Assembly: GCA_044357485.1 (NCBI GenBank)
Contig: JBIKPL010000001.1
Coordinates: 2,988 to 66,987, forward strand
Source of the DNA: Cytophagales bacterium
GTDB taxonomy: Bacteria; Bacteroidota; Bacteroidia; Cytophagales; UBA9547
DNA: 64,000 nucleotides
Reading direction: 5' to 3'
The translations under genes were made by a program, and so were the position numbers. Below, piece after piece: positions 54,464 to 64,000 of this stretch. Numbering within the stretch: the first letter of the stretch is position 1; the number at the start of each line of letters is the position of its first letter. The notes beneath the pieces were generated by a model. It made no database searches and was not told the DNA's origin. It saw only the letters and a list, made by a program, of their open reading frames with translations.

Positions 54464-56376
54464 CTAACGTATGCTTCCATGGCGGCATATTCTGCTAAGC
54501 CAAGTTTGTTGTAAACTTCAGCCGTACCAGCATTTCTTACCTCAGCTCTTTGCCAAAATTCTCTACTGTCATTGCCTTGGAATACCACCCCGTCTTTTTG
54601 AGATTGGTGTTTGAAAATACCATAACGTTTTTGTAAAACTTGCTCTGGACTCATTGGGATTGACATTTCAATTTCCCAAATATCCCATTCATGCCAAGCT
54701 CCTCTATATAACCAAACCCAACAATCTTTCATGAAAGGTTCATCTTTAAGGCGCTTACATGCTTCAAAAATAGCATCTAAACAAACTTTATGCGTGCCAT
54801 GTGGGTCAGCTAAATCGCCAGCAGCATATATTTGATGTGGTTTCAGTTTACGAATCAAATCCATGGTGATTTGAATATCTTCTTCTCCTACCGGTTTTTT
54901 CTCTACAGTACCTGTTTCGTAAAACGGTAAATTCATGAAATGAGCATTTTCATCAGGAATTCCTACGTATCTACAAGTGGCTTTGGCTTCTCCTTTTCTG
55001 ATTAAACCTTTTACATAGCGAACGCTTTCTGAATCTTTCTCACCTTTTTTGGCACTTAAGAATGCTTTTGCATCCGTAAAGATTTTATTAGCCCCTGTAT
55101 TGTCTAAACCAAATTTAGTATTATAGTCACAAACAAAATCAGAGAACCTAAGCGCTTCATCATCATGTACTGCAATATTTCCAGAGGTTTGGTAACCTAC
55201 ATGAACATCATGGCCTTGCTCGTGTAAACGTAAAAATGTACCACCCATAGAGATGATGTCATCATCAGGATGTGGAGAAAATATTAATACTGTTTTTTTA
55301 ATGGGCGTAGCTCTTTCAGGACGATTAGCATCATCGGCATTGGGTTTTCCTCCTGGCCATCCTGAAATCGTATTTTGCAATTGGTTAAATACGTTGATAT
55401 TGATTTCGTAAGCGGAGCCTTTTTGTGCTACCAAATCCCCTAAACCGTTGGCAATATATTCTGCTGTAGTAAGTTTTAAAATTGGTTTATCGAGGCTTAA
55501 TGCCATCATACACACCGCTTTTTTGGTGATTTCCTTGGTCCATTCTACTGGGCCAACCAACCAAGGGGTTTTAACTTTCATTAAATCAGCCGCGGCTGTT
55601 TCATCTAAAAAGAAAGTTGTGTTTGGATGATGTTGTAAAAAAGTAGATGGGCAATGTTCGGTTACTTCACCTTCACATGCTTTTTGCACAATTTTAGCTT
55701 TGCCTGCACCCCAAGCCATCAACACTACTCTTTTGGCATTCATAATTTGGTTTACCCCAAGGGTAATAGCCAAAGTAGGTACGTTTTCTAGTGTCCCAAA
55801 ATCAGGTGTTGCATCTACACGAGTGGTATAGTTCAATGAAACCAAACGTGTTTTTGATCCAATTTGAGAACCTGGTTCATTAAAACCAATATGGCCCGTT
55901 CCGCCAATGCCTAATACTTGCAAATCTAATCCACCTAAGGCATTAATTTTAGCTTCGTAGGCTTCGCAATATGCCTGAATTTGGTCTTTTCTCAAAGTAC
56001 CATCAGGCACATTGTAGTTTTCAGGAGCAATATCCACATGGTTAAAAAGTTGCTCTTTCATAAACCTTACATAACTCTGTACAGCATCTGGCTGCATAGG
56101 GTAATATTCATCAAGGTTAAAGGTTATGACGTTTTTAAAACTAAGCCCTTCTTCTTTATGAAGTCTTATCAATTCGGCATACATTCTTTTAGGTGTATTT
56201 CCGGTAGCAAGACCTAATATGCAAGGTTTGTTTTCTGCTTGTTTTTGTTTAATCAAATCAGCAATTTCTCTCGCTACCGCTTTAGATGCTTCTAAAGGAG
56301 AAGAGAAAATTTCAGATGGAACTTTTTCAAAGTTAACCGCTACACTATTAGATTGTGTATTAACATTTTGTGCCAT
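54451..56376 (-). CDS. nagB: Glucosamine-6-phosphate deaminase, long form (NagB domain fused to LmbE/PIG-L deacetylase-like domain)
   Basis: 641 aa. N-terminal NagB/6-phosphogluconolactonase fold (ILGLATGNTP, GIGGTGHIGFNEPGS). C-terminal LmbE motif IFSPHPDDDIISMGGT. Confidence 0.85.
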   Translation of the reverse strand: MAQNVNTQSNSVAVNFEKVPSEIFSSPLEASKAVAREIADLIKQKQAENKPCILGLATGNTPKRMYAELIRLHKEEGLSFKNVITFNLDEYYPMQPDAVQSYVRFMKEQLFNHVDIAPENYNVPDGTLRKDQIQAYCEAYEAKINALGGLDLQVLGIGGTGHIGFNEPGSQIGSKTRLVSLNYTTRVDATPDFGTLENVPTLAITLGVNQIMNAKRVVLMAWGAGKAKIVQKACEGEVTEHCPSTFLQHHPNTTFFLDETAAADLMKVKTPWLVGPVEWTKEITKKAVCMMALSLDKPILKLTTAEYIANGLGDLVAQKGSAYEININVFNQLQNTISGWPGGKPNADDANRPERATPIKKTVLIFSPHPDDDIISMGGTFLRLHEQGHDVHVGYQTSGNIAVHDDEALRFSDFVCDYNTKFGLDNTGANKIFTDAKAFLSAKKGEKDSESVRYVKGLIRKGEAKATCRYVGIPDENAHFMNLPFYETGTVEKKPVGEEDIQITMDLIRKLKPHQIYAAGDLADPHGTHKVCLDAIFEACKRLKDEPFMKDCWVWLYRGAWHEWDIWEIEMSIPMSPEQVLQKRYGIFKHQSQKDGVVFQGNDSREFWQRAEVRNAGTAEVYNKLGLAEYAAMEAYVRWHF

Positions 56377-56558
56377 AAATAAAAACTGTCGTTTTAAGGT
56401 TTATGAGAAGATATAAGAACTTTCGTTTGAAGGAGTATTCCTTGATAGAATAATCCAAAGCATGATTTCAGCAAATTACCAATAAATCTACTTAAAAAAC
56501 AATTTCTTAGCCGTGAATTGTCATTTATTTCATACTAAAACAAGAATATAATGCTGCA

Positions 56559-56954
56559 TTATGGTAAAAATCTAGCGAAATCAGCTTCATCCATTAATGA
56601 ACATTGTTGGTTTTGTCGAAACCATTTTTTTCTGTTTTGGGCAATACGATCATAAACAAAATCTCTTAATAAACGAGGCACAATCATTAAAATAGCCATT
56701 AATTTCCATTTTCCTCCTAATGCCATTACAATTTTAATGGCTGCAGTTGATTTAACATAAATATGAAAATTATCAACATAAATTACGGAATCAATTTGTT
56801 GGGGTAAACTACCAAGTTTCTCTTTCGCGGTTACCCCTTGAAGCGGTGCAAAAAGAAAATGGTTTTTAAGATCGTTTTTAAGAATAAACCTCACAAAGGT
56901 ATGACATAAGCCACACTCCCCATCAAAAAATAGTATCGCATTATGAGTTTGCAT
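56559..56954 (-). CDS. Thiol-disulfide oxidoreductase DCC family protein (DUF393)
   Basis: ILFFDGECGLCH motif, 131 aa. Confidence 0.75.
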   Translation of the reverse strand: MQTHNAILFFDGECGLCHTFVRFILKNDLKNHFLFAPLQGVTAKEKLGSLPQQIDSVIYVDNFHIYVKSTAAIKIVMALGGKWKLMAILMIVPRLLRDFVYDRIAQNRKKWFRQNQQCSLMDEADFARFLP

Positions 56955-56969
56955 CGGCTATGAAATAAA

Positions 56970-56995
56970 GAAACCCTTCCAATGAGAAGGGTTTC
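56970..56995 (-). terminator. Terminator hairpin downstream of the OMP gene
   Basis: gaaacccttc-caatga-gaagggtttc: perfect 10-bp stem, with a T-rich tail on the minus strand. Confidence 0.6.
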
Positions 56996-57019
56996 AACGT
57001 CTTGAATATCAACTTATTT

Positions 57020-57739
57020 TTAAAATTTAATACCTAAGTCAAGCGAAATAGCACTGGTTTTATTGTTAATATCAGCATTAACATAACTCGTTGATTTCAA
57101 CCATTTTAATGTTGGATTAAACGTATTTAACAATCCTCTGTTATAACTTAATCCACCAAATATTGCGGTATGTTCTCCCATTTGCCACTCCACTCCAGCT
57201 CCTCCTATTACAGAAAAGTCTAAATAAGAAAACACCGATTTATCTACGCCTTCAATCGCAGAATGTGCAGTGGGATAAAAACGTTTTAAAGAAGGGTTAT
57301 CGCTAATAATTTTCTCATTAATTCTGATATCAATAGATGGGCCTAATTGAAAATACAATTTCATGTCATCAGCAATTTCATTCGTAAACATTTTTAAAGT
57401 CAAAGGAATTTGTAAATACTGCAAATTATAAATTTCATCAATGGTTCCTAAATCTACACCTTTATCATTAAAGCTAGTTTTGAAACCTGCTCTTTTTACA
57501 GTAAACCATAAGCCAGTTCCGAATGCTACGGAATGGTTGATGTGAAAATCTAAATTTAAACCAGTACTGTACCTTAAGCCTAAGCTATTGTTGCTGTAAA
57601 AGGTACCATCCAATAAGCTTGAATTATCGGTAACGGTATTCATGGCCAAGGTTGGAGAAAATTTAATTCCTGCTTTTAATTGTGCAAAAATATTACCTGA
57701 AATGATGGTTGCTAAAATAAGTGTGAGTATTTTTTTCAT
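57020..57739 (-). CDS. Outer-membrane beta-barrel protein (porin/PorT-like family)
   Basis: 239 aa, signal peptide ..NIFAQ, alternating beta-strand pattern, C-terminal ..LGIKF. Confidence 0.55.
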   Translation of the reverse strand: MKKILTLILATIISGNIFAQLKAGIKFSPTLAMNTVTDNSSLLDGTFYSNNSLGLRYSTGLNLDFHINHSVAFGTGLWFTVKRAGFKTSFNDKGVDLGTIDEIYNLQYLQIPLTLKMFTNEIADDMKLYFQLGPSIDIRINEKIISDNPSLKRFYPTAHSAIEGVDKSVFSYLDFSVIGGAGVEWQMGEHTAIFGGLSYNRGLLNTFNPTLKWLKSTSYVNADINNKTSAISLDLGIKF

Positions 57740-57781
57740 TGTGGTCAGTTTTTTTAATAATATTGTTGTGCGTAAATATAT

Positions 57782-58786
57782 ATGAAAATGAAAAAAATTC
57801 TAAACTTTTTAACAATCTCTTTATTATTATTTGGATGTGGGAAAAAAGATGAGTGTAAAGACACTCCAGATGTTTCTGCCATTCAAGCAGAAGTAAATAT
57901 AGAAAGGGTTGAAAATGAGCTTTTTAAAAACAAATCCAAAGAAGGAATTCGTGCTTATCTTCAAAAAGACAAAATATTAGCCAACAAGTTTTTTAACTTA
58001 AACCAATACCCAACTGATTCTTTAATTGTCAATTCTCTGTACAATACCCTCAACCATCCAGGTTTAGATACGGTGTATAAAGAAACCCAAGCTGTTTTTG
58101 GTGACATGAAAGATGTTGAATCTCAGTTAACTGAGGCATTTAAAAATATTAAATTTTATTTTCCTGATTTCTATATTCCCAAAGTTAAAACCATCATTAC
58201 TGGGCTTAACAACGACCTCTATGTATCTGATAGTTTAATTGTAATTGGTTTAGATTTTTTTCTTGGTCCTAAAGGAACTTATATTCCTAATATTCCCAAC
58301 TATGTGTTAAAAAGATACCAAAAACAGTACCTGGTGTCTATTATCGTAGCTTTGGTATCACAAAAATACAACCAAGTGAATATGTTAGACAAAAGCTTGT
58401 TGGCCGAAATGCTGTATTATGGCAAATCTTATGAATTTGTTAAAACAATGATGCCATGTACCAATGATACCATTATATTGGGCTATGATAAACAAGAAGT
58501 GATAGATTGTGACAATTATGAAAGCGTGATTTGGGCCAATTTTGTTCAAAACAACTTACTATTTAAAACTGATCATTTTACGGTCAATAAATTTGTAGGG
58601 GAAAGCCCTAAGACGTATGAAATTGGAGACAAATGCCCAGGAAGAATTGGCCGTTGGGTAGGGTGGAAAATCATACAAAAATACAGAGCTGAAAATCCTG
58701 ATATTACCATTCCAGCACTTATGAAAAACAATGATGTCAAAAAAATATTTGAAGCATCAAAATACAAGCCTGATAAAAAGAAATAA
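57782..58786 (+). CDS. gldB: Gliding-motility lipoprotein GldB-like
   Basis: 334 aa. Lipobox LFGC, N-terminal I.RVENELF pattern, and size typical of GldB (TIGR03514-like). Called from recollection only. Confidence 0.5.
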   Translation: MKMKKILNFLTISLLLFGCGKKDECKDTPDVSAIQAEVNIERVENELFKNKSKEGIRAYLQKDKILANKFFNLNQYPTDSLIVNSLYNTLNHPGLDTVYKETQAVFGDMKDVESQLTEAFKNIKFYFPDFYIPKVKTIITGLNNDLYVSDSLIVIGLDFFLGPKGTYIPNIPNYVLKRYQKQYLVSIIVALVSQKYNQVNMLDKSLLAEMLYYGKSYEFVKTMMPCTNDTIILGYDKQEVIDCDNYESVIWANFVQNNLLFKTDHFTVNKFVGESPKTYEIGDKCPGRIGRWVGWKIIQKYRAENPDITIPALMKNNDVKKIFEASKYKPDKKK

Positions 58787-59817
58787 TGTTAAATATATAT
58801 ACCAATAATCAGCGTAAGTTTCTCACTTTAGCTATTCTTGTTTTTTTGTCGGGATTTTTACTTTATGCGATTCGGAATATATTTTCTGCCGCTTTGGGTG
58901 CTGTAATTTTATATTGCTTGTTTAAGCCTGTGTTTATTATTTTAGTAGGTAAATTTAAATTTAATAAATCAGTAGCCTCCATTCTAACCTGTTTTTTGTC
59001 TTTCATCATTATTGTATTGCCACTTACTTCTTTTAGTTGGATGTTGGTTGATAAAGTGAAAGAAATAAACAACGAACCTACACATTTATTGATGATTGCC
59101 AATAAACTAGAATTGTTCGTCGGAAAATATGTAAGTAATCCTCAATTGATTCAAGAAACACTTTTTAATTTAAGAAAATGGGGCATAAGCACGATAACAG
59201 TTGTCCTTTCTAGCACTTTTGATATTTTGTTAATTATAGTACTCATGTATTTTGTACTGTATTATATGTTTTATCATTATTCAAAATTTGAAGAAACGCT
59301 TATCAAATATGTCCCTTTCTCGAGAGAAAATAGTATTAAATTTGGTCGCGAACTTAATAAAATGACACGCTCAAACATTATAGGGCAGGGTTTTATTGCG
59401 GTTGTGCAAGGAGCCTTAATCGCAATAGGATTTTTAATTTTTGGAATAAAAGATGCCCTGTTTTGGGGAGTCATTTCCATATTTCTATCTTTTCTTCCTT
59501 TCGTAGGTTCTCCAATTGTATTTGTCCCAGCGGGAATAGTGGCCATGGCTTATGGAGACATTACTGCTGGTGTTGGCATTATTGTATGGGGATTTTTGTT
59601 TGTGACCACCATCGACAACGTCATCAGATTTTATATCAATAAAACTTTTACCGATACCCATCCATTGGTAACCGTAATTGGCGTGGTTATTGGACTGCCA
59701 CTATTTGGTGTACTTGGTATCGTATATGGACCATTTTTAGTTTCATTTTTCTTGTTGACCGTTAGTATTTACGAAAAAACATATATTGATAAAAACAATG
59801 AAAAATCGCTCGTATAA
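58786..59817 (+). CDS. AI-2E family transporter (PerM/UPF0118)
   Basis: 343 aa, 7-8 TM, characteristic C-terminal GxPLFG region. Confidence 0.8.
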   Translation: MLNIYTNNQRKFLTLAILVFLSGFLLYAIRNIFSAALGAVILYCLFKPVFIILVGKFKFNKSVASILTCFLSFIIIVLPLTSFSWMLVDKVKEINNEPTHLLMIANKLELFVGKYVSNPQLIQETLFNLRKWGISTITVVLSSTFDILLIIVLMYFVLYYMFYHYSKFEETLIKYVPFSRENSIKFGRELNKMTRSNIIGQGFIAVVQGALIAIGFLIFGIKDALFWGVISIFLSFLPFVGSPIVFVPAGIVAMAYGDITAGVGIIVWGFLFVTTIDNVIRFYINKTFTDTHPLVTVIGVVIGLPLFGVLGIVYGPFLVSFFLLTVSIYEKTYIDKNNEKSLV

Positions 59818-60295
59818 ATATTGCTTTTTGTTGCTTATTACTTGGGCTAGTACTTTCACGAGTGCTTATAGTCAACCCGTAAAAGTGATCAATTTAAAAG
59901 AATTTGAGGTTTTATTAAATCGTAACAATGATTCTATTTATGTCTATAACTTTTTTGCTACTTGGTGTAAACCTTGTGTAAAAGAAATTCCTCATTTTGT
60001 TAAACTTTCAAACGATTCCTTGAATTCAAAAATCAAACTAACTTTTATTAACCTCGATCAGCAAGAAAATATAGACGATATTGTAGTCCCCTTTTTAACT
60101 AAGAAAAAAATTATTCAACAAGTATACCTGCTTAATAATACCAATTATGCCTTGTGGATGCCTCGTGTGGATAGGCGTTGGGGCGGTTCCATCCCGGCCA
60201 CTTTAATAATTAATGGACGAAACAATAAAAGAGCCTTTATTGAAGGGGAAATCAACTACAAAGAACTGCTTGAACTAATCAATTCAACCAAATAA
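59798..60295 (+). CDS. Thioredoxin-fold (TlpA/AhpC-TSA-like) secreted protein
   Basis: WCKPCVKEIP motif. The signal peptide begins at MKNRSYKYCFLLL (ATG 59798; the track start 59786 overlaps the upstream gene). Confidence 0.6.
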   Translation: MKNRSYKYCFLLLITWASTFTSAYSQPVKVINLKEFEVLLNRNNDSIYVYNFFATWCKPCVKEIPHFVKLSNDSLNSKIKLTFINLDQQENIDDIVVPFLTKKKIIQQVYLLNNTNYALWMPRVDRRWGGSIPATLIINGRNNKRAFIEGEINYKELLELINSTK

Positions 60296-60359
60296 GCCAG
60301 TGTCTCTTATTACAAGTAAATATATTGCCTTAGTAGAATGTTAACGTACTTAAATTAAA

Positions 60360-60908
60360 ATGATGATGAAAAAAATGATGCTTTTGCTGATGGTATTTGC
60401 ATGTGCAAATGGCTATGCCCAACAACTTTACACTACCACTACAGGGGTCGTTTCTTTTTTTTCAAGCACCCCTATGGAAGATATTTCCGCAGTGAATAAA
60501 AAAGTGACCTCAATCTACAATCCTACCACCAATGACATCGCATTTCAAATGCAAATCATACAATTTAAATTTCCTAATTCATTAATGGAAGATCATTTCA
60601 ATGAAAACTATATGGAAACAACTAAATTTCCTAAAGCAAGTTTTCAAGGAAAAATAAATGAAACTATTGATTTGACGAAAGATGGCGTATTTGATGTAAC
60701 CTCAACGGGCAAATTAACCATCCATGGCGTTACCCAACTTAAAACAATAAGTGGTAAATTTTCAATTTTAAAAGGTAAAATCAAACTTGAAAGCAATTTT
60801 GAGGTTGCATTAACTGATTATAAAATCGAAGTTCCTACCATTGTATTTTCGAAAGTAGCAGAAATCATCAAAGTAAAGGTTTTGGCCAACTATGAATTAA
60901 AAAAATAA
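60360..60908 (+). CDS. YceI-like family protein
   Basis: 182 aa, signal peptide, YceI-like pattern (TGVVSFFSSTPMEDISAVNKKV...KLTIHGVT). Confidence 0.65.
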   Translation: MMMKKMMLLLMVFACANGYAQQLYTTTTGVVSFFSSTPMEDISAVNKKVTSIYNPTTNDIAFQMQIIQFKFPNSLMEDHFNENYMETTKFPKASFQGKINETIDLTKDGVFDVTSTGKLTIHGVTQLKTISGKFSILKGKIKLESNFEVALTDYKIEVPTIVFSKVAEIIKVKVLANYELKK

Positions 60909-61052
60909 CAAACTCTCTTTAAGTAAAATTTATTTTCAAGAAATGATTTAATTGGAGGTAATATTTGAAAATGAATTTTATACCTTTGTAAAAGAGACAT
61001 CTCAACAATTAGAAGTTATTCACAATCTTAACACACTATAAATAAATTAAAA

Positions 61053-61424
61053 ATGGCGTTGGAAATTACAGGAAAAGTATTCAAAGTTTTAGCAGAACAA
61101 TCTGGAACAAGTGCTGGTGGAAAAGCATGGGTAAAACAAGAATTTGTAGTGGAAACTGAAGAGCAATACCCAAGAAAAATTTGTGTATCAGCTATGAATG
61201 AGAAAGTTGTACCTATCGTAAAAACATTAACGCCAGGACAACAAGTAACCGTGCATATTAATCTTGAATCAAGAGAATACCAAGAGCGATGGTTTACCAA
61301 CGTAAATGTTTGGAGAATCGACAAGGTTGCCTCAAGTACAAGCGATGCTTCTGCTCCCGCAGGTGAACCATTTACACCAGCCTCCATTGCTACTGAAGAA
61401 GCTGGAGATGACCTCCCATTTTAA
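61053..61424 (+). CDS. DUF3127 domain protein
   Basis: MALEITGKVFKVLAEQSGTSAGGKAWVKQEFVVET..YPRKICV is typical of DUF3127. Acidic C-terminal tail ending DDLPF. Confidence 0.65.
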   Translation: MALEITGKVFKVLAEQSGTSAGGKAWVKQEFVVETEEQYPRKICVSAMNEKVVPIVKTLTPGQQVTVHINLESREYQERWFTNVNVWRIDKVASSTSDASAPAGEPFTPASIATEEAGDDLPF

Positions 61425-61493
61425 AAATAAAAAATACAAGTTTGCTATTTCTGGCACGATGCTTGCTTAAAATTTTACCATTAACTTACTAAC

Positions 61494-61892
61494 ATGAATT
61501 TCAAGAAATCATTCTTATTGGCTTTTTTGTTTTTCAATATTGTTAGCATGGTGAGTGCTCAAGAAGAGTTGTTAATTAAAACAAAAACAGCTTTTAAAAC
61601 CGCTAACGCTAAAATATTAGTTGAAAATTTCAACAATATTGTAGAAATCAGTTTTGATGGTGAGCGTTCTCAGTATAATAAAATACAGTCTGAAATTGTA
61701 ATGAATGATTTTTTTAAAAAACATCCTTACAAAGACTTTGTAATAAAACACCAAGGCACTTCAAAAGACGAAGGAATTAAATATGCCATTGGAAGTTATA
61801 CTTATAATGGTGGTGAATATAGAGTATATATCCTCATCAAAATGTTTAAAGGATTTTATTTAATTGACACAGTAGATTTTAGTAAAGAGTGA
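61494..61892 (+). CDS. DUF4783-like secreted protein
   Basis: 132 aa, signal peptide, position upstream of nadC as in many Bacteroidota. Weak recollection-based call. Confidence 0.4.
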   Translation: MNFKKSFLLAFLFFNIVSMVSAQEELLIKTKTAFKTANAKILVENFNNIVEISFDGERSQYNKIQSEIVMNDFFKKHPYKDFVIKHQGTSKDEGIKYAIGSYTYNGGEYRVYILIKMFKGFYLIDTVDFSKE

Positions 61893-61910
61893 TTTAGATT
61901 TAGTAGTAAA

Positions 61911-61952
61911 AAATAAAGAAAGGTGCTGATTATTCGGCACCTTTCTTTATTT
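61911..61952 (+). terminator. Rho-independent terminator
   Basis: aaataaagaaaggtgc / gcacctttctttattt form a perfect 16-bp stem with a 10-nt loop, followed by a T-run. Confidence 0.7.
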
Positions 61953-61962
61953 TTACCCCATC

Positions 61963-62823
61963 ATGAATAATTTAGACTACATTTCTGAAATATCCTTAAA
62001 TAGCTTTATCAGTTTAGCACTGAGCGAAGATGTTGGAGACGGGGACCATTCTTCTCTAGCCTCTATTCCTGCTGAAACGCAAAATAAAGCGCATTTGCTG
62101 GTTAAAGACCAAGGAATTATTGCAGGGGTTAACCTTGCTGAAAAAATATTCTTCAAAGTGGATCCAACAATCCTTTTTAAGCCATTAATAAAAGATGGCA
62201 AACCTGTTCAATATGGCGATATTGTTTTTACCGTGGAAGGCAATGCAAGGGCAATTTTAAAAGCAGAAAGGTTGGTTTTAAACTGTATGCAACGCATGTC
62301 AGCCATTGCTACAAAAACCCACCAAATGATGCAAATGATTAGCCATACCAAAGCAAAATTATTAGATACCCGTAAAACTACCCCAAATTTTAGAATGATG
62401 GAAAAATGGGCAGTTGTTATTGGGGGGGGCTATAACCATCGCTATGGTTTATACGACATGATTATTTTGAAAGATAACCATGTAGATTATGCTGGAGGCA
62501 TCAAACAAGCCTTGGTAAACACCCAAGCTTATCTTCATAAAACTGGCAAAAATCTTCCGGTCGAAATCGAAACAAGAAATTTAGAAGAAGTAAAACAAGC
62601 CTTGGCTGTTGGAGGAATGCAACGTATTATGCTTGATAATATGGACAACAATTTACTTATTGAAGCCGTTGCATTGATTAATGGGCAATACGAAACCGAA
62701 GCTTCGGGTGGTGTAACCGAAAACACCATTGTGGGAATAGCCGAAACTGGCGTAGATTACATTTCTGTAGGGGCTTTAACACATGCTGTAAAAAGTTTGG
62801 ACTTAAGCTTAAAAGCATATTAA
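61963..62823 (+). CDS. nadC: Nicotinate-nucleotide diphosphorylase (carboxylating)
   Basis: 286 aa QPRTase family (LLDTRKTTPNFR, ILKDNH, MLDNM). Confidence 0.9.
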   Translation: MNNLDYISEISLNSFISLALSEDVGDGDHSSLASIPAETQNKAHLLVKDQGIIAGVNLAEKIFFKVDPTILFKPLIKDGKPVQYGDIVFTVEGNARAILKAERLVLNCMQRMSAIATKTHQMMQMISHTKAKLLDTRKTTPNFRMMEKWAVVIGGGYNHRYGLYDMIILKDNHVDYAGGIKQALVNTQAYLHKTGKNLPVEIETRNLEEVKQALAVGGMQRIMLDNMDNNLLIEAVALINGQYETEASGGVTENTIVGIAETGVDYISVGALTHAVKSLDLSLKAY

Positions 62824-62916
62824 GGATTTATTCAAATGTCTACAATTGTTATCCAATACAGGCTTGAAATATAGCCTTTGTTCATACCATTATAATATTA
62901 GTTAAATAGCGATTAG

Positions 62917-64000
62917 ATGAAAATTATTGAAGTAAATAATGCCCTTACCATCAAAGCATTTAATCATTTACCTATTGGACTCTATAAAAATGATCCACAC
63001 TGGATACAACCCCTCACTTCTGATATCGAAGATATATTTGATAGCAAAGTCAATAAATTTTTCAGACATGGTTCGTGCATACGATGGATTTTAGTTGATA
63101 ATGAAGGTGAAACCATAGGTCGAGTAGCCGCTTTTATTAATAAAAAAACAGCCAAAACTTCTAGTCAAAATACAGGGGGAATGGGCTTCTTTGAATGCAT
63201 ACACAACCAAGAAGCAGCCTTTATATTATTTGATACCTGCAAAAATTGGCTTTTACAACAAGGTTTTGAAGCCATGGAAGGACCAATTAATTTTGGTGAA
63301 AGAGACAAATGGTGGGGCTTGTTGGTGGATGGCTTTACAGAGCCCAATTATTGTATGCCTTACAACCATTTGTATTATAAAGAATTTTTTGAGAATTATG
63401 GCTTTAAAGACTATTTTCAGCAATATACCTATCACAGGAAAGTGGATGGTGCTTTGCCCGGTTCCTATGCCGATAAAGCCGCGAGAATAGCCCGAGATCC
63501 TAATTATAAATTTGAACACATTCAAAAAAACAAACTCGAAAAATATGCAGAAGATTTCAGGTATATTTATAATAAAGCTTGGGTTAAACATGCGGGAGTT
63601 CGTGAAATGCCCATAGCGCAAGCCATGAGTATAATGAAACAATTAAAACCCATACTTGATGAAGAGATTGTTTGGTTTTCGTATTATAACCAAGAGCCTG
63701 TAGGTTTCTTTATTATGATTCCTGAATTGAATCAAATTGTGAAACATTTAAACGGCAAACTTAAAGGCAAATGGGATATTGTTGCTAAAATTAAATTTCT
63801 ATACCATCAATGGAGGGGAACATGTAAGAAAATGTTTGGCGTAGCTTTTGGTATTATTCCCGAATTTCAAGGTAAAGGACTAGAAGGTGCTATTGTGATG
63901 GCTGCCGCAAAAGTGGTACAACCAAATGCAAAATATTCAGATTTTGAAATGAATTGGATTGGAGATTTTAATCCCAAAATGATGCATGTAGCAGAGTCAG
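62917..64000 (+). CDS. Conserved GNAT-like (acyl-CoA N-acyltransferase fold) protein, C-terminally truncated by the window edge
   Basis: Not in the ORF track because it has no in-window stop. ATG at 62917 (MKIIEVNNALTIKAFNHLP...), and I read the frame by eye as open to 64000. Contains IIPEFQGKGLEGAI (a Q/RxxGxG/A-like acetyl-CoA loop). Confidence 0.5.
   Translation, partial: MKIIEVNNALTIKAFNHLPIGLYKNDPHWIQPLTSDIEDIFDSKVNKFFRHGSCIRWILVDNEGETIGRVAAFINKKTAKTSSQNTGGMGFFECIHNQEAAFILFDTCKNWLLQQGFEAMEGPINFGERDKWWGLLVDGFTEPNYCMPYNHLYYKEFFENYGFKDYFQQYTYHRKVDGALPGSYADKAARIARDPNYKFEHIQKNKLEKYAEDFRYIYNKAWVKHAGVREMPIAQAMSIMKQLKPILDEEIVWFSYYNQEPVGFFIMIPELNQIVKHLNGKLKGKWDIVAKIKFLYHQWRGTCKKMFGVAFGIIPEFQGKGLEGAIVMAAAKVVQPNAKYSDFEMNWIGDFNPKMMHVAES

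Noticed and set aside
63165-63642. ORFs 63165-63347 (-), 63191-63490 (+) and 63253-63642 (-)
   Set aside because: They lie inside or out of frame with the long open frame starting at 62917, which runs to the window end and has a GNAT-like motif.
1-64000. Scan for tRNA, rRNA, tmRNA, RNase P or known riboswitch-like sequences in intergenic regions
   Set aside because: I recognised no cloverleaf-like GC-rich segments, T-loop motifs or known conserved riboswitch cores by eye. A computational scan (tRNAscan-SE, Infernal) would be needed to be definitive.

Overview
AT-rich Bacteroidota chromosomal window, probably Flavobacteriia- or Cytophagia-like. The taxon call rests on a T9SS C-terminal sorting domain, a GldB-like lipoprotein, many lipobox signal peptides and TTG-N19-TAnnTTTG promoter-like boxes. 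Core genes: the N-terminal 802 codons of a giant surface protein (1-2407, minus strand, missing from the ORF track because it has no in-window stop), ruvB, an RCK-type channel, yjcH/actP, lipB, a complete 14-gene nuoA-N complex I operon on the minus strand (15604-29164), mazG, a roughly 12-kb surface-polysaccharide locus (37523-49732), a NagB/LmbE fusion deaminase, gldB-like, nadC, and a partial GNAT-like gene at the right edge. The most interesting accessory or unexplained content is as follows. (1) A 4.3-kb island (50105-54370) is bracketed by 93-bp direct repeats that duplicate the terminator and last 13 nt of the nagB-II gene. It carries an XRE regulator divergent from a PD-(D/E)XK nuclease-family gene, a BspA-type LRR T9SS cargo protein and a two-ORF IS630 element, and no integrase. 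(2) A ~172-bp MITE-like nested palindrome occurs twice in opposite orientation, each copy flanked by 8-9 bp direct repeats. (3) The spacers inside the nuo operon are built from tandem 7-bp units (CAGTT/AACTG type) arranged as inverted arrays. (4) An 801-aa AlgJ/AlgX-like protein with an internally duplicated N-terminal module sits next to an MBOAT. (5) A solo HEPN-motif (Rx4H) protein. I saw no rRNA, tRNA, CRISPR array or prophage. All functional calls come from motif and family recognition by eye. No database search or computation was run.
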